Shown: positions 29,462-39,305 of the stretch, piece after piece
How the letters are laid out: each line of letters begins with the position of its first letter
How positions within the stretch are numbered: the first letter of the stretch is position 1
Assembly: GCA_963707215.1 (NCBI GenBank)
Contig: CAVPPB010000001.1
Coordinates: 448,001-512,000 of the forward strand
DNA: 64,000 bases
From: an uncultured Chloroflexia bacterium
GTDB taxonomy: Bacteria; Chloroflexota; Limnocylindria; Limnocylindrales; CSP1-4
Direction: 5' to 3'
Translations under genes and position numbers: made by a program
Notes under the pieces: model-generated
Database searches by the model: none
What the model was told of the DNA's origin: nothing
The model's input: only the letters and a program-made list of their open reading frames with translations

Positions 29462-30394
29462 ATGGACCTGGAGCGCGTGGCGCCAGAGCTGCGGGAGCGC
29501 CTCCGGTTCGCCAGCGTGGGCCCTATCGACAAGCCCTGGCGACGCGGCCTCGCTCGTGCTGTCCTGCGGTTGATGCGGTCACCGAAGGTGGAAGGTGTCA
29601 CGCTCGAGCTGAGCGCCGGGTCCGGTCTCGGCGCCCGGGTCTACCGTCCGCAGGGCATGGCCGCGTCCGGGACCGTCCTCTGGATCCACGGCGGCGGCCT
29701 GGTGATCGGGCGGGCGGCCCAGAACGATCGGCTGTGCGGCGAGCTGGCCCGCGAGGCCGCGGTCACGGTCGTGTCCGTCGAGTACCGCAAGGCGCCAGAG
29801 CATCCCTTCCCGGCCGCCCTCGACGACTGCCACGCGGGCTGGTCGTGGATCCAGCGCGAGGCTGTGCAGCTGGGCCTCGACCCGGGTCGGGTCGTCGTCG
29901 CCGGCGAGAGCGCCGGCGCGGGTCTCGCGGCGGCGCTGGTCCAGCGGCTCCACGATGAAGGTGGCACCCAGCCGCTCGGCCAGCTCCTGTTCTGCCCGAT
30001 GCTCGACGATCGCACTGCCGCTCGCCGGGAGCTCGACGAGATCGACCACCCCGTCTGGGACAACCGGCTGAACCGCTTCGGCTGGCGGTCGTACCTGGGC
30101 GTCGAGCCCGGGGCCGCGTCCGTGCCGCCCTACGCGGTCCCAGCCAGGCGACCCGACCTGGCGGGACTCCCTCCCGCCTGGATCGGCGTTGGCGAGCTCG
30201 AGCTGTTCCACGAGGAGGACGTCGTCTACGCCGAACGCATGCGCGCGGCTGGCGTACCGGTCGACCTGGACGTCGTGCCCGGCGCCGTCCACGGCTTCGA
30301 GGTCTGGGCCCCCGACAGCGCTCTCGCCAGGGCCCATGTCGGTCGGGCCCACCGGTGGCTCCGTCGGCTCCTCGGCGAGACCGGGGACGCCTAG
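29462..30394 (+). CDS. HSL-family alpha/beta hydrolase (esterase)
   Basis: HGGG, EYRKAPEHPFPAALDD, GESAG, HGF. Confidence 0.93.
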   Translation: MDLERVAPELRERLRFASVGPIDKPWRRGLARAVLRLMRSPKVEGVTLELSAGSGLGARVYRPQGMAASGTVLWIHGGGLVIGRAAQNDRLCGELAREAAVTVVSVEYRKAPEHPFPAALDDCHAGWSWIQREAVQLGLDPGRVVVAGESAGAGLAAALVQRLHDEGGTQPLGQLLFCPMLDDRTAARRELDEIDHPVWDNRLNRFGWRSYLGVEPGAASVPPYAVPARRPDLAGLPPAWIGVGELELFHEEDVVYAERMRAAGVPVDLDVVPGAVHGFEVWAPDSALARAHVGRAHRWLRRLLGETGDA

Positions 30395-30444
30395 CTTCCC
30401 GCTTCCACGACCGGCCACGATGCAGCGCCGGCCCGGGCCGGCGG

Positions 30445-31767
30445 TCAGTCCACCGGACCGGCGTCCGCCGTCGGCTGCTCGCTGGCGTGGGCGATGTACG
30501 GGAACTGGCGCCAGAGCCCCAGCACCAGCGCCGCCGACCCTACGAACCCGAACCAGAACGGGGCGGTGATGCCGAGCTCGCGGGCCAGCAGGCCGCCGAT
30601 GGGCGTGCCGATGACGATGCCCAGGACGACGCCGATCGTGTAGATCCCGGTCACCCGGCCCAGCAGCGGGTCGGGGACGGCCCGCTGGCGGACGACGGTC
30701 GAGGTCGTCCCCCAGATGAAGGCGTGGGCCCCGAAGACCACGAACGTCGCCAGCGCCACGACCGGTGAGGTCGTGAGGGCCAGTACCAGGTGGGTCGCCG
30801 TCTCGATGAGCAGGCCGACCCGCATGATGTCGCCGAGCGAGAACCGCCGCTCCAGCCGGCCGTAGGCGCTCGTGCCGACGAGCCCCCCGACGGCCATCGC
30901 CGTCGTCAGCAGCCCGAACCCTACCGCCCCCATCCCCAGTCGCTCATCGGCATACAGGACGAGGATGGACCAGGCCGCCCCGAAGGTCACGTTGAAGGCG
31001 AAGATCGTGAGAGCGAGCGTTCGCATCGGGGGGTTGCCGACCAGCCAGCGCATCCCCTCCAAGAGGTCGGCCCGGATGCTCGATCGTGGGCCGGCCGGCT
31101 CGGCTGGGCTCGACAGGACGATCCGGCTCACGAGCAGCGCGCCAAGCGCGAAGCAGACCGCCTCGGCCGCGAACGGGATCGCCGTCCCGACGACGAACAG
31201 GAATGCGCCGATCGGCGGGGCGAAGAGCTGGTTGGAGAGCAGGAACGCGCCGATCAGGCGGGCGTTGGCGATGCCGAGATCCTCGCGACGGACGAGCCGT
31301 GGCAGCAGGCTGCCGCTGCCGACGTCGGCGAACGTCTCGGCGGTGCCGAGGACGAAGAGGGCGGCCAGGATGAGCGGGACGGTCACCGCACCGCCGGCGA
31401 TCGTCGCCGCGAGTGCCCCCAGCACCACGGCCCGTCCGAGGTTTACGACCACCAGGATCCGCCGCCGGTCGTAGCGGTCGGCGGCCGTCCCGGCGACCAG
31501 CCCGAACACGAGGGTCGGCAGCATCTGAGCGAGGAACGCCATCGAGACGACGAGCGGGTCGCGGGTCAGCGAGGCGACGAGGAGCGGTCCGGCGGCCAGG
31601 GCGAAGCCGTCGCCGACGTTGGTCAGGATCGACGAGGCCAGCAGCCAGCGGAAGCTCCGGCCGAGCCGCTGCGGCACGACGGCTTCGAGGGCCGCCTCGA
31701 GGGGCACGACGATCGCGGACCGCGGAGGCTCGGATCCCATACCGGACGACTCTAGGGGGTCGATCAT
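30445..31767 (-). CDS. MFS transporter
   Basis: ~12 hydrophobic segments, motif A GTAADRYDRRR, RQRAVPDPLLGRV. Confidence 0.9.
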   Translation of the reverse strand: MIDPLESSGMGSEPPRSAIVVPLEAALEAVVPQRLGRSFRWLLASSILTNVGDGFALAAGPLLVASLTRDPLVVSMAFLAQMLPTLVFGLVAGTAADRYDRRRILVVVNLGRAVVLGALAATIAGGAVTVPLILAALFVLGTAETFADVGSGSLLPRLVRREDLGIANARLIGAFLLSNQLFAPPIGAFLFVVGTAIPFAAEAVCFALGALLVSRIVLSSPAEPAGPRSSIRADLLEGMRWLVGNPPMRTLALTIFAFNVTFGAAWSILVLYADERLGMGAVGFGLLTTAMAVGGLVGTSAYGRLERRFSLGDIMRVGLLIETATHLVLALTTSPVVALATFVVFGAHAFIWGTTSTVVRQRAVPDPLLGRVTGIYTIGVVLGIVIGTPIGGLLARELGITAPFWFGFVGSAALVLGLWRQFPYIAHASEQPTADAGPVD

Positions 31768-31950
31768 CGCCCCTGCTGGCCCGCCCGACGGCGACCCCGA
31801 CCCGGGCTCGGGGAAGCCCGGTGGCGGCCATCTCGCGGGCGAGGGTGACCCGTGCCACAATGCCGTGCGCTGCGCCGACGGGCCCGGCGATCACGCGGTG
31901 ACCCTCGAGACCGCAGCATGGCGGCCGGGGACCGCACTCGGGAGGCGAGC

Positions 31951-33408
31951 ATGAGCGCGATGCAGGGACCGGGTCCGGGCCCGGAAGTCGCGATCCGGAC
32001 GGTCGTCCGGGGTCGGTCCGCGGCGGCCCGCCGGGCGGCTCTCTCGGTCGATGAGCGACGGGCTCTCGGCCAACGACAACGCGACCGGGTGCCACGCAGG
32101 AGCCACGGCGACTGGACCCCACCGCCCGAGCGAGCCGACCCGGTCGCCGTCCTCCAGGCGCAGGACGAGGCCCGGGTCCCCGAGCTGGTCCCCATCCGGC
32201 ACGGACGGATGGCGGTCTCACCGTTCGCCTTCTACCGGGGCTCGGCCGCGGTCATGGCCGGGGACCTCGCGTCATCGCCGAAGTCCGGGTTCGACGTCCA
32301 GGCCAGCGGCGATGCTCACCTGCTCAACTTCGGGGTCTTCGGGACGCAGGAGCGCAATCTCGTCTTCGGGATGAACGACTTCGACGAGACGCTGCCGGGG
32401 CCGTGGGAGTGGGACGTGAAGCGCCTGGCTGCCAGCTTCGTGCTCGCCGGCCGCGAGGGAGGCGCCAGCGACTCGAAGTCGCGGGAGGCCGCCGAGACGG
32501 CGGTCCGGAGCTACCGCGAGCGGATGGCCGGGTACGCCGAGCTCGGAGCCCTCGGGACCTGGTACTCCAACCTCGACACGACCGCCCTGCTGAAGGTCCT
32601 CTCGCCCTCGACCCGCGAGCGGGCGGAGGAGATCATCGCCAAGGCCAGGACGCGGACGAACCTGCAGGTCCTCGAGAAGACGACCGAGCTGATCGACGGC
32701 GACTTCCGGATCGTCACCAGCCCGCCCCTCGTGGTGCGCTCGAACGAGCAGATCGACGGCCAGCCGGTCGAGGTCATCCTCCAGCGCTGGCTCGACGGGT
32801 ACCGGAGCTCGCTGGTCAACGACCGCCGCCGGCTGCTCGACCGCTACCGGGTGGTCGACGCGGTCCGCAAGGTGGTCGGGGTCGGGAGCGTCGGGACGCG
32901 CTGCTTCGTGGTGCTGCTCCGCGGCGACACGGACCGGGACGTCCTCTTCCTCCAGGTCAAGGAGGCGACGACCTCCGTGCTCCAGCCGCACGTGGCGCCC
33001 AGCCGGCACGACTACCACGGCCGACGGGTCGTCGAGGGCCAGCGGCTCATCCAGCCCGCGCCGGACATCTTCCTCGGCTGGGGCCGGATGACGAATCGCG
33101 AAGGCCACTGGTTCGACTACTACGTCCGCCAGCTCCGCGACATGAAGGGCTCGGTGACGATCGAGCCGGGCAACGTCCGGCCGGCCGCCATGATCGAGTA
33201 CGCGGCCCTGTGCGGCTGGGCCCTCGCCCTGGCCCACGCCCGCTCCGGGGACGCCGCGGCCATCTCCGGCTACCTGGGGTCTGCCGACACCTTCGACCGG
33301 GCCGTCACTCGCTTCGCCGTCGCCTATGCCGACCAGACCGAGCGCGACCACGCCGCCCTGGTCGAGGCGATCAAGACGGGCAGGATCGTCGCCGAACCCG
33401 ACCAGTAG
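31951..33408 (+). CDS. DUF2252 family protein
   Basis: RHGRMAVSPFAFYRG, GDAHLLNFG, NDFDET, KVVGVGSVG, LQVKEA, RQLRDMK, LAHARSGD. Confidence 0.93.
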   Translation: MSAMQGPGPGPEVAIRTVVRGRSAAARRAALSVDERRALGQRQRDRVPRRSHGDWTPPPERADPVAVLQAQDEARVPELVPIRHGRMAVSPFAFYRGSAAVMAGDLASSPKSGFDVQASGDAHLLNFGVFGTQERNLVFGMNDFDETLPGPWEWDVKRLAASFVLAGREGGASDSKSREAAETAVRSYRERMAGYAELGALGTWYSNLDTTALLKVLSPSTRERAEEIIAKARTRTNLQVLEKTTELIDGDFRIVTSPPLVVRSNEQIDGQPVEVILQRWLDGYRSSLVNDRRRLLDRYRVVDAVRKVVGVGSVGTRCFVVLLRGDTDRDVLFLQVKEATTSVLQPHVAPSRHDYHGRRVVEGQRLIQPAPDIFLGWGRMTNREGHWFDYYVRQLRDMKGSVTIEPGNVRPAAMIEYAALCGWALALAHARSGDAAAISGYLGSADTFDRAVTRFAVAYADQTERDHAALVEAIKTGRIVAEPDQ

Positions 33409-33493
33409 CCGGACAGGCGTCGAAGTGGCCCTCTCGGCCACGCCAGGCTGCCGTACCGTGTCGGAATCCACCGTCACCAAGAGGTCGAGACCG

Positions 33494-35122
33494 ATGACTC
33501 GCTGGGGTTCGCTCGCCGCGCTCGCTGCCGCCCAGTTCCTCATGGTGCTGGACCAGGCCGTCATGAACGTCTCGATCAGCCAGCTGGTCGAGGACTTCGA
33601 CACGACGGTCACGACGATCCAGTCGGTCATCACCCTCTACGCGCTGGTCATGGCCATGTTCATGCTGACCGGCGGCAAGATCGGCGACATCATCGGGCGG
33701 CGGCGGGCGTTCGTCGTCGGCCTTGTCATCTACGGCAGCGGGTCGGCACTCACGGCGATCGCCCCAACGGTCGGGATCCTGACGCTCGGCTGGTCGGTCC
33801 TCGAGGGGATCGGCGCTGCGCTGGTGCTCCCCGCGCTGGCAGCCCTGATCGCCGGCAACTTCCAGGGACGCGAACGGGTGACCGCCTACGCGATCATCGG
33901 TGGGGTGGCGGGCGCCGGCATCGCCGTCGGACCGATCGTCGGCGGCTGGGCGACGACCGTGCTCACCTGGCGCATCGTCTTCGCCGGCGAGGTCGTCATC
34001 GTGCTCGCCATCCTCGCCATGAGCAGGCTGGTCGCGGATGCGCCGCGAGAGGGGCGTGCCCCGAGCCTGGACGTGATCGGGGCAGCGCTGTCCGCGCTGG
34101 CCCTCGGAGCCATCGTCTATGGCGTCCTCCAGGCGAGCACCTGGGGCTGGATCACTCCGAAGGACTCCCCGGTGGAGCCGCTGGGCTTCTCGCTGACCGT
34201 CTTCGTCGTGACCGCAGGGTTCGTGCTCGGTTGGCTCTTCGTCCGTTGGGAGCGCCACCGCGAGGCGACCGGCCAGGACCCGCTCGTCCATCTGGACCTG
34301 CTTCGCATCCCGCCGCTCAGGTCGGGGCTCGTCAACCTGCTGAGCCAGAACCTCATCCTGATGGGCGTCTTCTTCACCGTTCCGCTGTACCTGCAGCTGG
34401 TGCTGGGCCTCGATGCGCTCGAGACCGGGATCAAGATGCTGCCGGTCTCGGTGACGATGTTCATCGCCTCGGCGCTCGGGTCCCGGCTGAGCCTTCGCTA
34501 CTCGGTCCGCACCATCGTCCGGGCCGGCCTGGCCGTCATCACGGTGGCCGTCCTCGTCCTCCTTGCGGTGATCGATCCCGAGCTGCGAAGTCTTGGGTTC
34601 GCGGCCGCCATGGCCCTCCTGGGGGTCGGGATGGGGCTCATCGCCTCCCAGCTGGGCAACGTCGTGCAGTCGTCGGTGGACGCCTCCGGCCGGAGCGAGG
34701 CCGGCGGCCTCCAGTACACCGGCCAGCAACTGGGCTCGTCGCTCGGCGTCGCCCTGATCGGTGCGATCGTCCTGAGCGGCCTGGCCTCCAACTTCCTGGG
34801 CAACGTCCAGAACGACGAACGGATCAGTGCCGAGGTCGCCAGCCAGGTCGCGATCGCGGTCGACGGGAGCACGGACTTCGTCTCGACCAGCCAGGTCGAG
34901 GAGGCCGCGACGGCGGCGGGCCTGGACCAGCCGACCGTCGACGCCCTCGTCGAGGACTACGCCGAGGCGCAGCTCCTGGCCCTCAAGACCGGGCTCCTGG
35001 CGTCGGCGCTCATCGCCATCGCGACGCTGCTGTTCACCCGCGCGCTGCCGAGTCGACGGCCGGGCGAGGAGGATCAGGCGAAGCCGGACGTCGCCACAGG
35101 AGCGACCGGATCGATCTCCTGA
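33494..35122 (+). CDS. MFS transporter (DHA2/EmrB-like)
   Basis: QFLMVLD, GKIGDIIGRRR, GPIVGG, ~14 TM segments. Confidence 0.92.
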   Translation: MTRWGSLAALAAAQFLMVLDQAVMNVSISQLVEDFDTTVTTIQSVITLYALVMAMFMLTGGKIGDIIGRRRAFVVGLVIYGSGSALTAIAPTVGILTLGWSVLEGIGAALVLPALAALIAGNFQGRERVTAYAIIGGVAGAGIAVGPIVGGWATTVLTWRIVFAGEVVIVLAILAMSRLVADAPREGRAPSLDVIGAALSALALGAIVYGVLQASTWGWITPKDSPVEPLGFSLTVFVVTAGFVLGWLFVRWERHREATGQDPLVHLDLLRIPPLRSGLVNLLSQNLILMGVFFTVPLYLQLVLGLDALETGIKMLPVSVTMFIASALGSRLSLRYSVRTIVRAGLAVITVAVLVLLAVIDPELRSLGFAAAMALLGVGMGLIASQLGNVVQSSVDASGRSEAGGLQYTGQQLGSSLGVALIGAIVLSGLASNFLGNVQNDERISAEVASQVAIAVDGSTDFVSTSQVEEAATAAGLDQPTVDALVEDYAEAQLLALKTGLLASALIAIATLLFTRALPSRRPGEEDQAKPDVATGATGSIS

Positions 35123-35496
35123 CGTTGCCCAGGGAGGGCCCCTGGCAGCCGGTGAGCCAGGGCCAGGAGCCAGAAGCAGACAGCGGGAGGCGACGCGCAG
35201 CTCGGATGCGAGTCGCCGGGGCACAGCGCGCGGGCTGAGCCAACGGCGAGGATCGGCGCTCGTCGTCCCCTCCTGGTTCGACCACCGCCAGGGCGAGATC
35301 CAGCGCGGCGACCACCCGCACCGACGGTCCTGTGCCGACGCGCCAAAGGGCCCTTGCCGGCGGCGCGCGAGCCGTCGTCTCATGAGGGGCGAAGGCTGGC
35401 TCCGCGGCCGATCCTCCCCGGCGCAGAGCTTCGCTGTCCGGCTCCGAGGCCGGGGCGATCAGCCGAGGGAGTCCTGGCGTCCCGGGGAGCACCTCG

Positions 35497-35706
35497 ATGA
35501 CTGCCGGCAGCACCACCACCCACCTGAGATCGAGCCGCGAGATTCGGACGGCGGTGGGCCTCACCGTGGTCGCCATGGCGGCGATCCTCGGCCTCCTCGT
35601 CGCCGGTCAGGCGGGCCTACTGCCCCGATCGCCGGCGTGGTCCGGCAGCCCGGCCGACCAATACCTGTCGCAGCAGACCGTCGGAGAGCGCCTCGCCGCG
35701 CCGTAG
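35497..35706 (+). CDS. Small single-pass membrane protein (69 aa)
   Basis: GGGGAG before ATG; hydrophobic AVGLTVVAMAAILGLLVAG. Confidence 0.55.
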   Translation: MTAGSTTTHLRSSREIRTAVGLTVVAMAAILGLLVAGQAGLLPRSPAWSGSPADQYLSQQTVGERLAAP

Positions 35707-35738
35707 GACCGCCTCACCGAGCCCGACTCAGCGCACCG

Positions 35739-36830
35739 TCACTCACCACCGGGCGTCAGCTCGACGGAACCCTTGCTGAAATCGGCGCCGACGACATCGC
35801 CCGTGATCGCATCGAGGGCGCGCTCGGCGAGGTCGGTCCGATACGCGTCGGCCGCCGGGGCAGCAGTGAGCAGGCCGGCATCGAGCATGACCGTGACCGT
35901 CTGGTCGAAGAGGACCGCGTCCATGAGGCCGACGCCATCCGGCGAAGGCCAGATCAGCGGGTTGACCTCGTTCATCTGCCAGGCCTGGTGGCTCCTCCCG
36001 GTCGCGCCGCCGGCCTGGAGCACGTAGTCGACGCAGACCGACACGTTCTCGCGGCAGAACATCCAACCGCGGAAGGCACCGGTCAGGAACCGGACGGCCA
36101 GGTCCTCGCCGTCACCCTCGGCAAGCCAGGCAGCGCGGGCGAAGATGCCGTCCTGGAGCATCGCCGTGCCCTCGCTGTTGTAGTCGATGACGTTGAGGTC
36201 CTCCGGTCGGTAGAGCTCGCCGGTGGCCGGATCGATCGTCTCGAGCACCAGGGCGTACTCGTTGTAGATCATCGCCTGGGCGACGTCGATCTCGCCGCCG
36301 AGGAAGGCGTCCATGTCGGTCTCCTGGAGGATCCTCTCGTAGTCGACGTCTGCCTCGAGGCCATACTGCCGGGCGGCAGCCGTGACCTCGTGCTCGTTGC
36401 CCGCACCCCAGAGGCCGACCTTGCGGCCCTCGAAATCCTCCGGGGAGGTGATGCCGCTGTCGGACCAGGCGACCGACAGCGTGCCGGAACGCTGGAAGAC
36501 CTGGGCGATGTTCACCAGGTCGGAGCCGCCCTCCCGCGCCTCGAGGACGCGTGGCAGCCACGAGACCGTGAATTCGGGGCCGTCCGGTCTCGAGCCAAGC
36601 TCCTGGGGAGCCACGTCAGGACCACCCGGGACGATCACCACGTCGAGCCCCTCCGCGGCCCAGTAGCCCTGCTTCAGGGCGGCGTAGTAGCCGGCGAACT
36701 GGGCCTGGGGCTGCCACTGGAGGAGGACGCGGACCGGCGTCAGCGGGCCCCCTGTCGCGGCATTCGAGCAGGCCGTGGCCGCCATGGCGATCGCCATGCC
36801 CATCGCCAGCACTCGGCGTGGAGCCATCAT
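35739..36830 (-). CDS. ABC substrate-binding lipoprotein, NMT1/THI5 family
   Basis: Lipobox ATAC, LQWQPQAQFAGYYAA, AQAMIYNE. Confidence 0.9.
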   Translation of the reverse strand: MMAPRRVLAMGMAIAMAATACSNAATGGPLTPVRVLLQWQPQAQFAGYYAALKQGYWAAEGLDVVIVPGGPDVAPQELGSRPDGPEFTVSWLPRVLEAREGGSDLVNIAQVFQRSGTLSVAWSDSGITSPEDFEGRKVGLWGAGNEHEVTAAARQYGLEADVDYERILQETDMDAFLGGEIDVAQAMIYNEYALVLETIDPATGELYRPEDLNVIDYNSEGTAMLQDGIFARAAWLAEGDGEDLAVRFLTGAFRGWMFCRENVSVCVDYVLQAGGATGRSHQAWQMNEVNPLIWPSPDGVGLMDAVLFDQTVTVMLDAGLLTAAPAADAYRTDLAERALDAITGDVVGADFSKGSVELTPGGE

Positions 36831-37717
36831 CGGGTCTTCCTGGGGCTATCCCACGCCACCGGCGCCGGGGCACCCTCGACGCCAGCCCCTGCGCCGTCGC
36901 CACGGAGCGCCGCGCGAACGGCCGTGACCAGGTCGAAGTAGTCCGGGATCGCCCTGGTGGCCTCGTTGCGGGGACGCGGCAGATCGATGTCGATCACGCG
37001 GGCGATGCGACCCGGTCGGGGGGTCATCACGGCGACCCGGGTCGACAGGAACACCGCCTCGGGAACCGAGTGGGTCACGAAGACGATGGTCGTCCCGGTC
37101 CGCTCCCAGATGCGGAGGAGCTCCTGGTTCAGCCGCTCTCGGCTCATCTCGTCGAGGGCGCCGAACGGCTCGTCCATGAGCAGGATCGCCGGCTCGAAGG
37201 CCAGGGCACGGGCGATCGCCACCCGCTGCTGCATGCCACCCGACAGCTGGTAGGGGTGGTGGCCGACGAACCCGGACAGCTCGACGAGCTCGAGCATCTC
37301 CCGTGCCCGTGCAGCCGTCCGGGCCTTGTCGTAGCCCAGGATCTCGAGCGGCAACCCGACGTTGCCCTCCACGGTCCGCCAGTCGAAGAGCACCGGGGAC
37401 TGGAAGACGATCCCGTAGTCACGGTCCAGGCGGGCGCGCTCGGCCGACTTGCCGTTGACCCGGATCGAGCCGGCGCTCGGTGCCGTCAGGTCGCCGACCA
37501 CCCGGAGCAGCGTCGACTTGCCGCAGCCGGAGGGACCGATGACCGAGACGAACTCGCCGCGCCGGATGTCAAGATCGATGTCCTCGAGCGCGCCGGTGCC
37601 GCCACCACCGGCAGGCCCGAAGCGCTTGCCGATCCCGCGGAGGCTCACGACCGCATCGTCAGGTCGGGATCGGGGCCGCCGATCCGTCTCGCCCGCGGGC
37701 CCCTCGGCCAGTGCCAT
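36827..37717 (-). CDS. ABC ATP-binding protein (TauB/SsuB-like)
   Basis: [30 protein letters not shown]. Confidence 0.93.
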   Translation of the reverse strand: MALAEGPAGETDRRPRSRPDDAVVSLRGIGKRFGPAGGGGTGALEDIDLDIRRGEFVSVIGPSGCGKSTLLRVVGDLTAPSAGSIRVNGKSAERARLDRDYGIVFQSPVLFDWRTVEGNVGLPLEILGYDKARTAARAREMLELVELSGFVGHHPYQLSGGMQQRVAIARALAFEPAILLMDEPFGALDEMSRERLNQELLRIWERTGTTIVFVTHSVPEAVFLSTRVAVMTPRPGRIARVIDIDLPRPRNEATRAIPDYFDLVTAVRAALRGDGAGAGVEGAPAPVAWDSPRKTR

Positions 37718-37735
37718 CGCCAGCCCGCCGGCCAC

Positions 37736-39067
37736 CTAGCCGGTCACCGCCCGGTCGGCGATGTCGAGGGCCGCGTCGATGACCTCGAAGCCGTCGGCCA
37801 GCTGCTCCTCGGTGATGCAGAGGGGCGGGTTCGTGTGGATCGAGTTGTTGGCGAGCATCGCGTACACGCCGTGCTCGCGGAGGTACTTCCCGATGGCCTT
37901 CATCTCATCGCTGGAGCCGTTGAACGAGGTCATCGGCGTCCACGGTTCGTGGCTGCGGACGAGATCGATGATCCCGAAGAGCCCCAGATTCCGATGGGCG
38001 CCCACCGATGGATGCTTCGCCGCCAGCCGCTCATGGTGCGCCCGCATGACGGGCCCGAGCCGGGCGGCGTTCCCGATGAGGTCGTCCTCCTCGTAGACGC
38101 CGATCGTGGCCAGGGCGGCTGCAAGGCTCACCGGATGGCTGCTGTAGGTGAGCCCGCCGTAGAACATCTTCGTCTCGAAGGCCTCGGCGATCCCATGGCG
38201 CATGGCAACGGCGCCGAGCGGCAGGTATGAGCTGGTCAGGCCCTTGGCCATCGTCATCAGGTCGGGCACGACGTCCCAGTGATCGATGGCGAACCAGCGG
38301 CCGGTCCGGCCGAATCCCGCCATCACCTCATCGGCGACCATCAGGATGCCGTAGCGGTCGCAGATCTCACGGACGCCCTGGATGTAGCCGTCGGGTGGGA
38401 TGAGGATCCCGTTGGTCCCGACGACGGTCTCGAGGAAGACCGCCGCAATCGTGTGGGGACCCTCGTAGCGGACGACGTCCTCGAGCCCCTGGAGGCTCTC
38501 CTCGACGGGTCGGGGCTCCGCCTCGCCCCATCGATGCGTGTCCGGGTAGCGGACGACCCCGACCAGACCGGGCTCGTTGGCCCAGCGGCGGGGGTCGCCG
38601 GTCAGGGTCATGGCTCCCATCGTGGCCCCGTGGTAGGCCCGGTAGCGGGCCAGCACCTTGGTCCGACCCGTGTAATGGCGAGCCAGCTTGATCGCGTTCT
38701 CGATGGCCTCGGCGCCACCGAGGGTGAAGAAGACCTTGTCCAGGTCGCCGGGCATGATCTCCGCGAGCTTGGCCCCGAGCCGTCCGCGGATCTCGGTGGC
38801 GAAGGCCGGCTGGACGTACTGGAGCTGGGTCGCCTGCGCGGTCATCGCATCGACGACCCGGCGATCGCCGTGGCCGATGTTCACCGACATGAGCTGGCTG
38901 TTGAAGTCGAGGATCCGCTGGCCCTCCGGCGTGTAGATGTAGACGCCCTCCGCGTGATCGATGGCGATCGGATCGAGCGCCCCCTGCACGGACCAGGAGA
39001 AGAAGGTGTGGGCGCGGTTGAGGGCGACGATCTCCTCGGACGTCGCCTTGCCGGTCTGCGCGGTCAT
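37736..39067 (-). CDS. Class III aminotransferase (beta-alanine:pyruvate-like)
   Basis: YHGAT, ADEVMAGFGRTG, MAKGLTS, GLTYSSHP; pyrimidine-cluster context. Confidence 0.9.
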   Translation of the reverse strand: MTAQTGKATSEEIVALNRAHTFFSWSVQGALDPIAIDHAEGVYIYTPEGQRILDFNSQLMSVNIGHGDRRVVDAMTAQATQLQYVQPAFATEIRGRLGAKLAEIMPGDLDKVFFTLGGAEAIENAIKLARHYTGRTKVLARYRAYHGATMGAMTLTGDPRRWANEPGLVGVVRYPDTHRWGEAEPRPVEESLQGLEDVVRYEGPHTIAAVFLETVVGTNGILIPPDGYIQGVREICDRYGILMVADEVMAGFGRTGRWFAIDHWDVVPDLMTMAKGLTSSYLPLGAVAMRHGIAEAFETKMFYGGLTYSSHPVSLAAALATIGVYEEDDLIGNAARLGPVMRAHHERLAAKHPSVGAHRNLGLFGIIDLVRSHEPWTPMTSFNGSSDEMKAIGKYLREHGVYAMLANNSIHTNPPLCITEEQLADGFEVIDAALDIADRAVTG

Positions 39068-39228
39068 CGGTCACCTCACGGGAGGACGGGGAGGGCCGGC
39101 GTCGCGCCGGCCCGGCGCGAACGGGCGCACGGGATCACAGGAGCGATTACACCACAAGGCGGCCGGATCGAGCGCCCGGCGAGTCGCCGAGCGAACCTCC
39201 TGACGAGGCGATCCCGGATGGGGGAAAC

Positions 39229-39259
39229 GCGGAGGCCCCTCGGTGGGAGGGGCCTCCGC
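39229..39259 (-). terminator. Intrinsic terminator downstream of the NCS1 gene
   Basis: 12-bp stem GCGGAGGCCCCT/AGGGGCCTCCGC followed by GTTTCC on the minus strand. Confidence 0.75.
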
Positions 39260-39305
39260 TGCGAGCGTCAGGTGGCCGGGCAGCCGGCCTGACAGGGGAT
39301 GGCCG

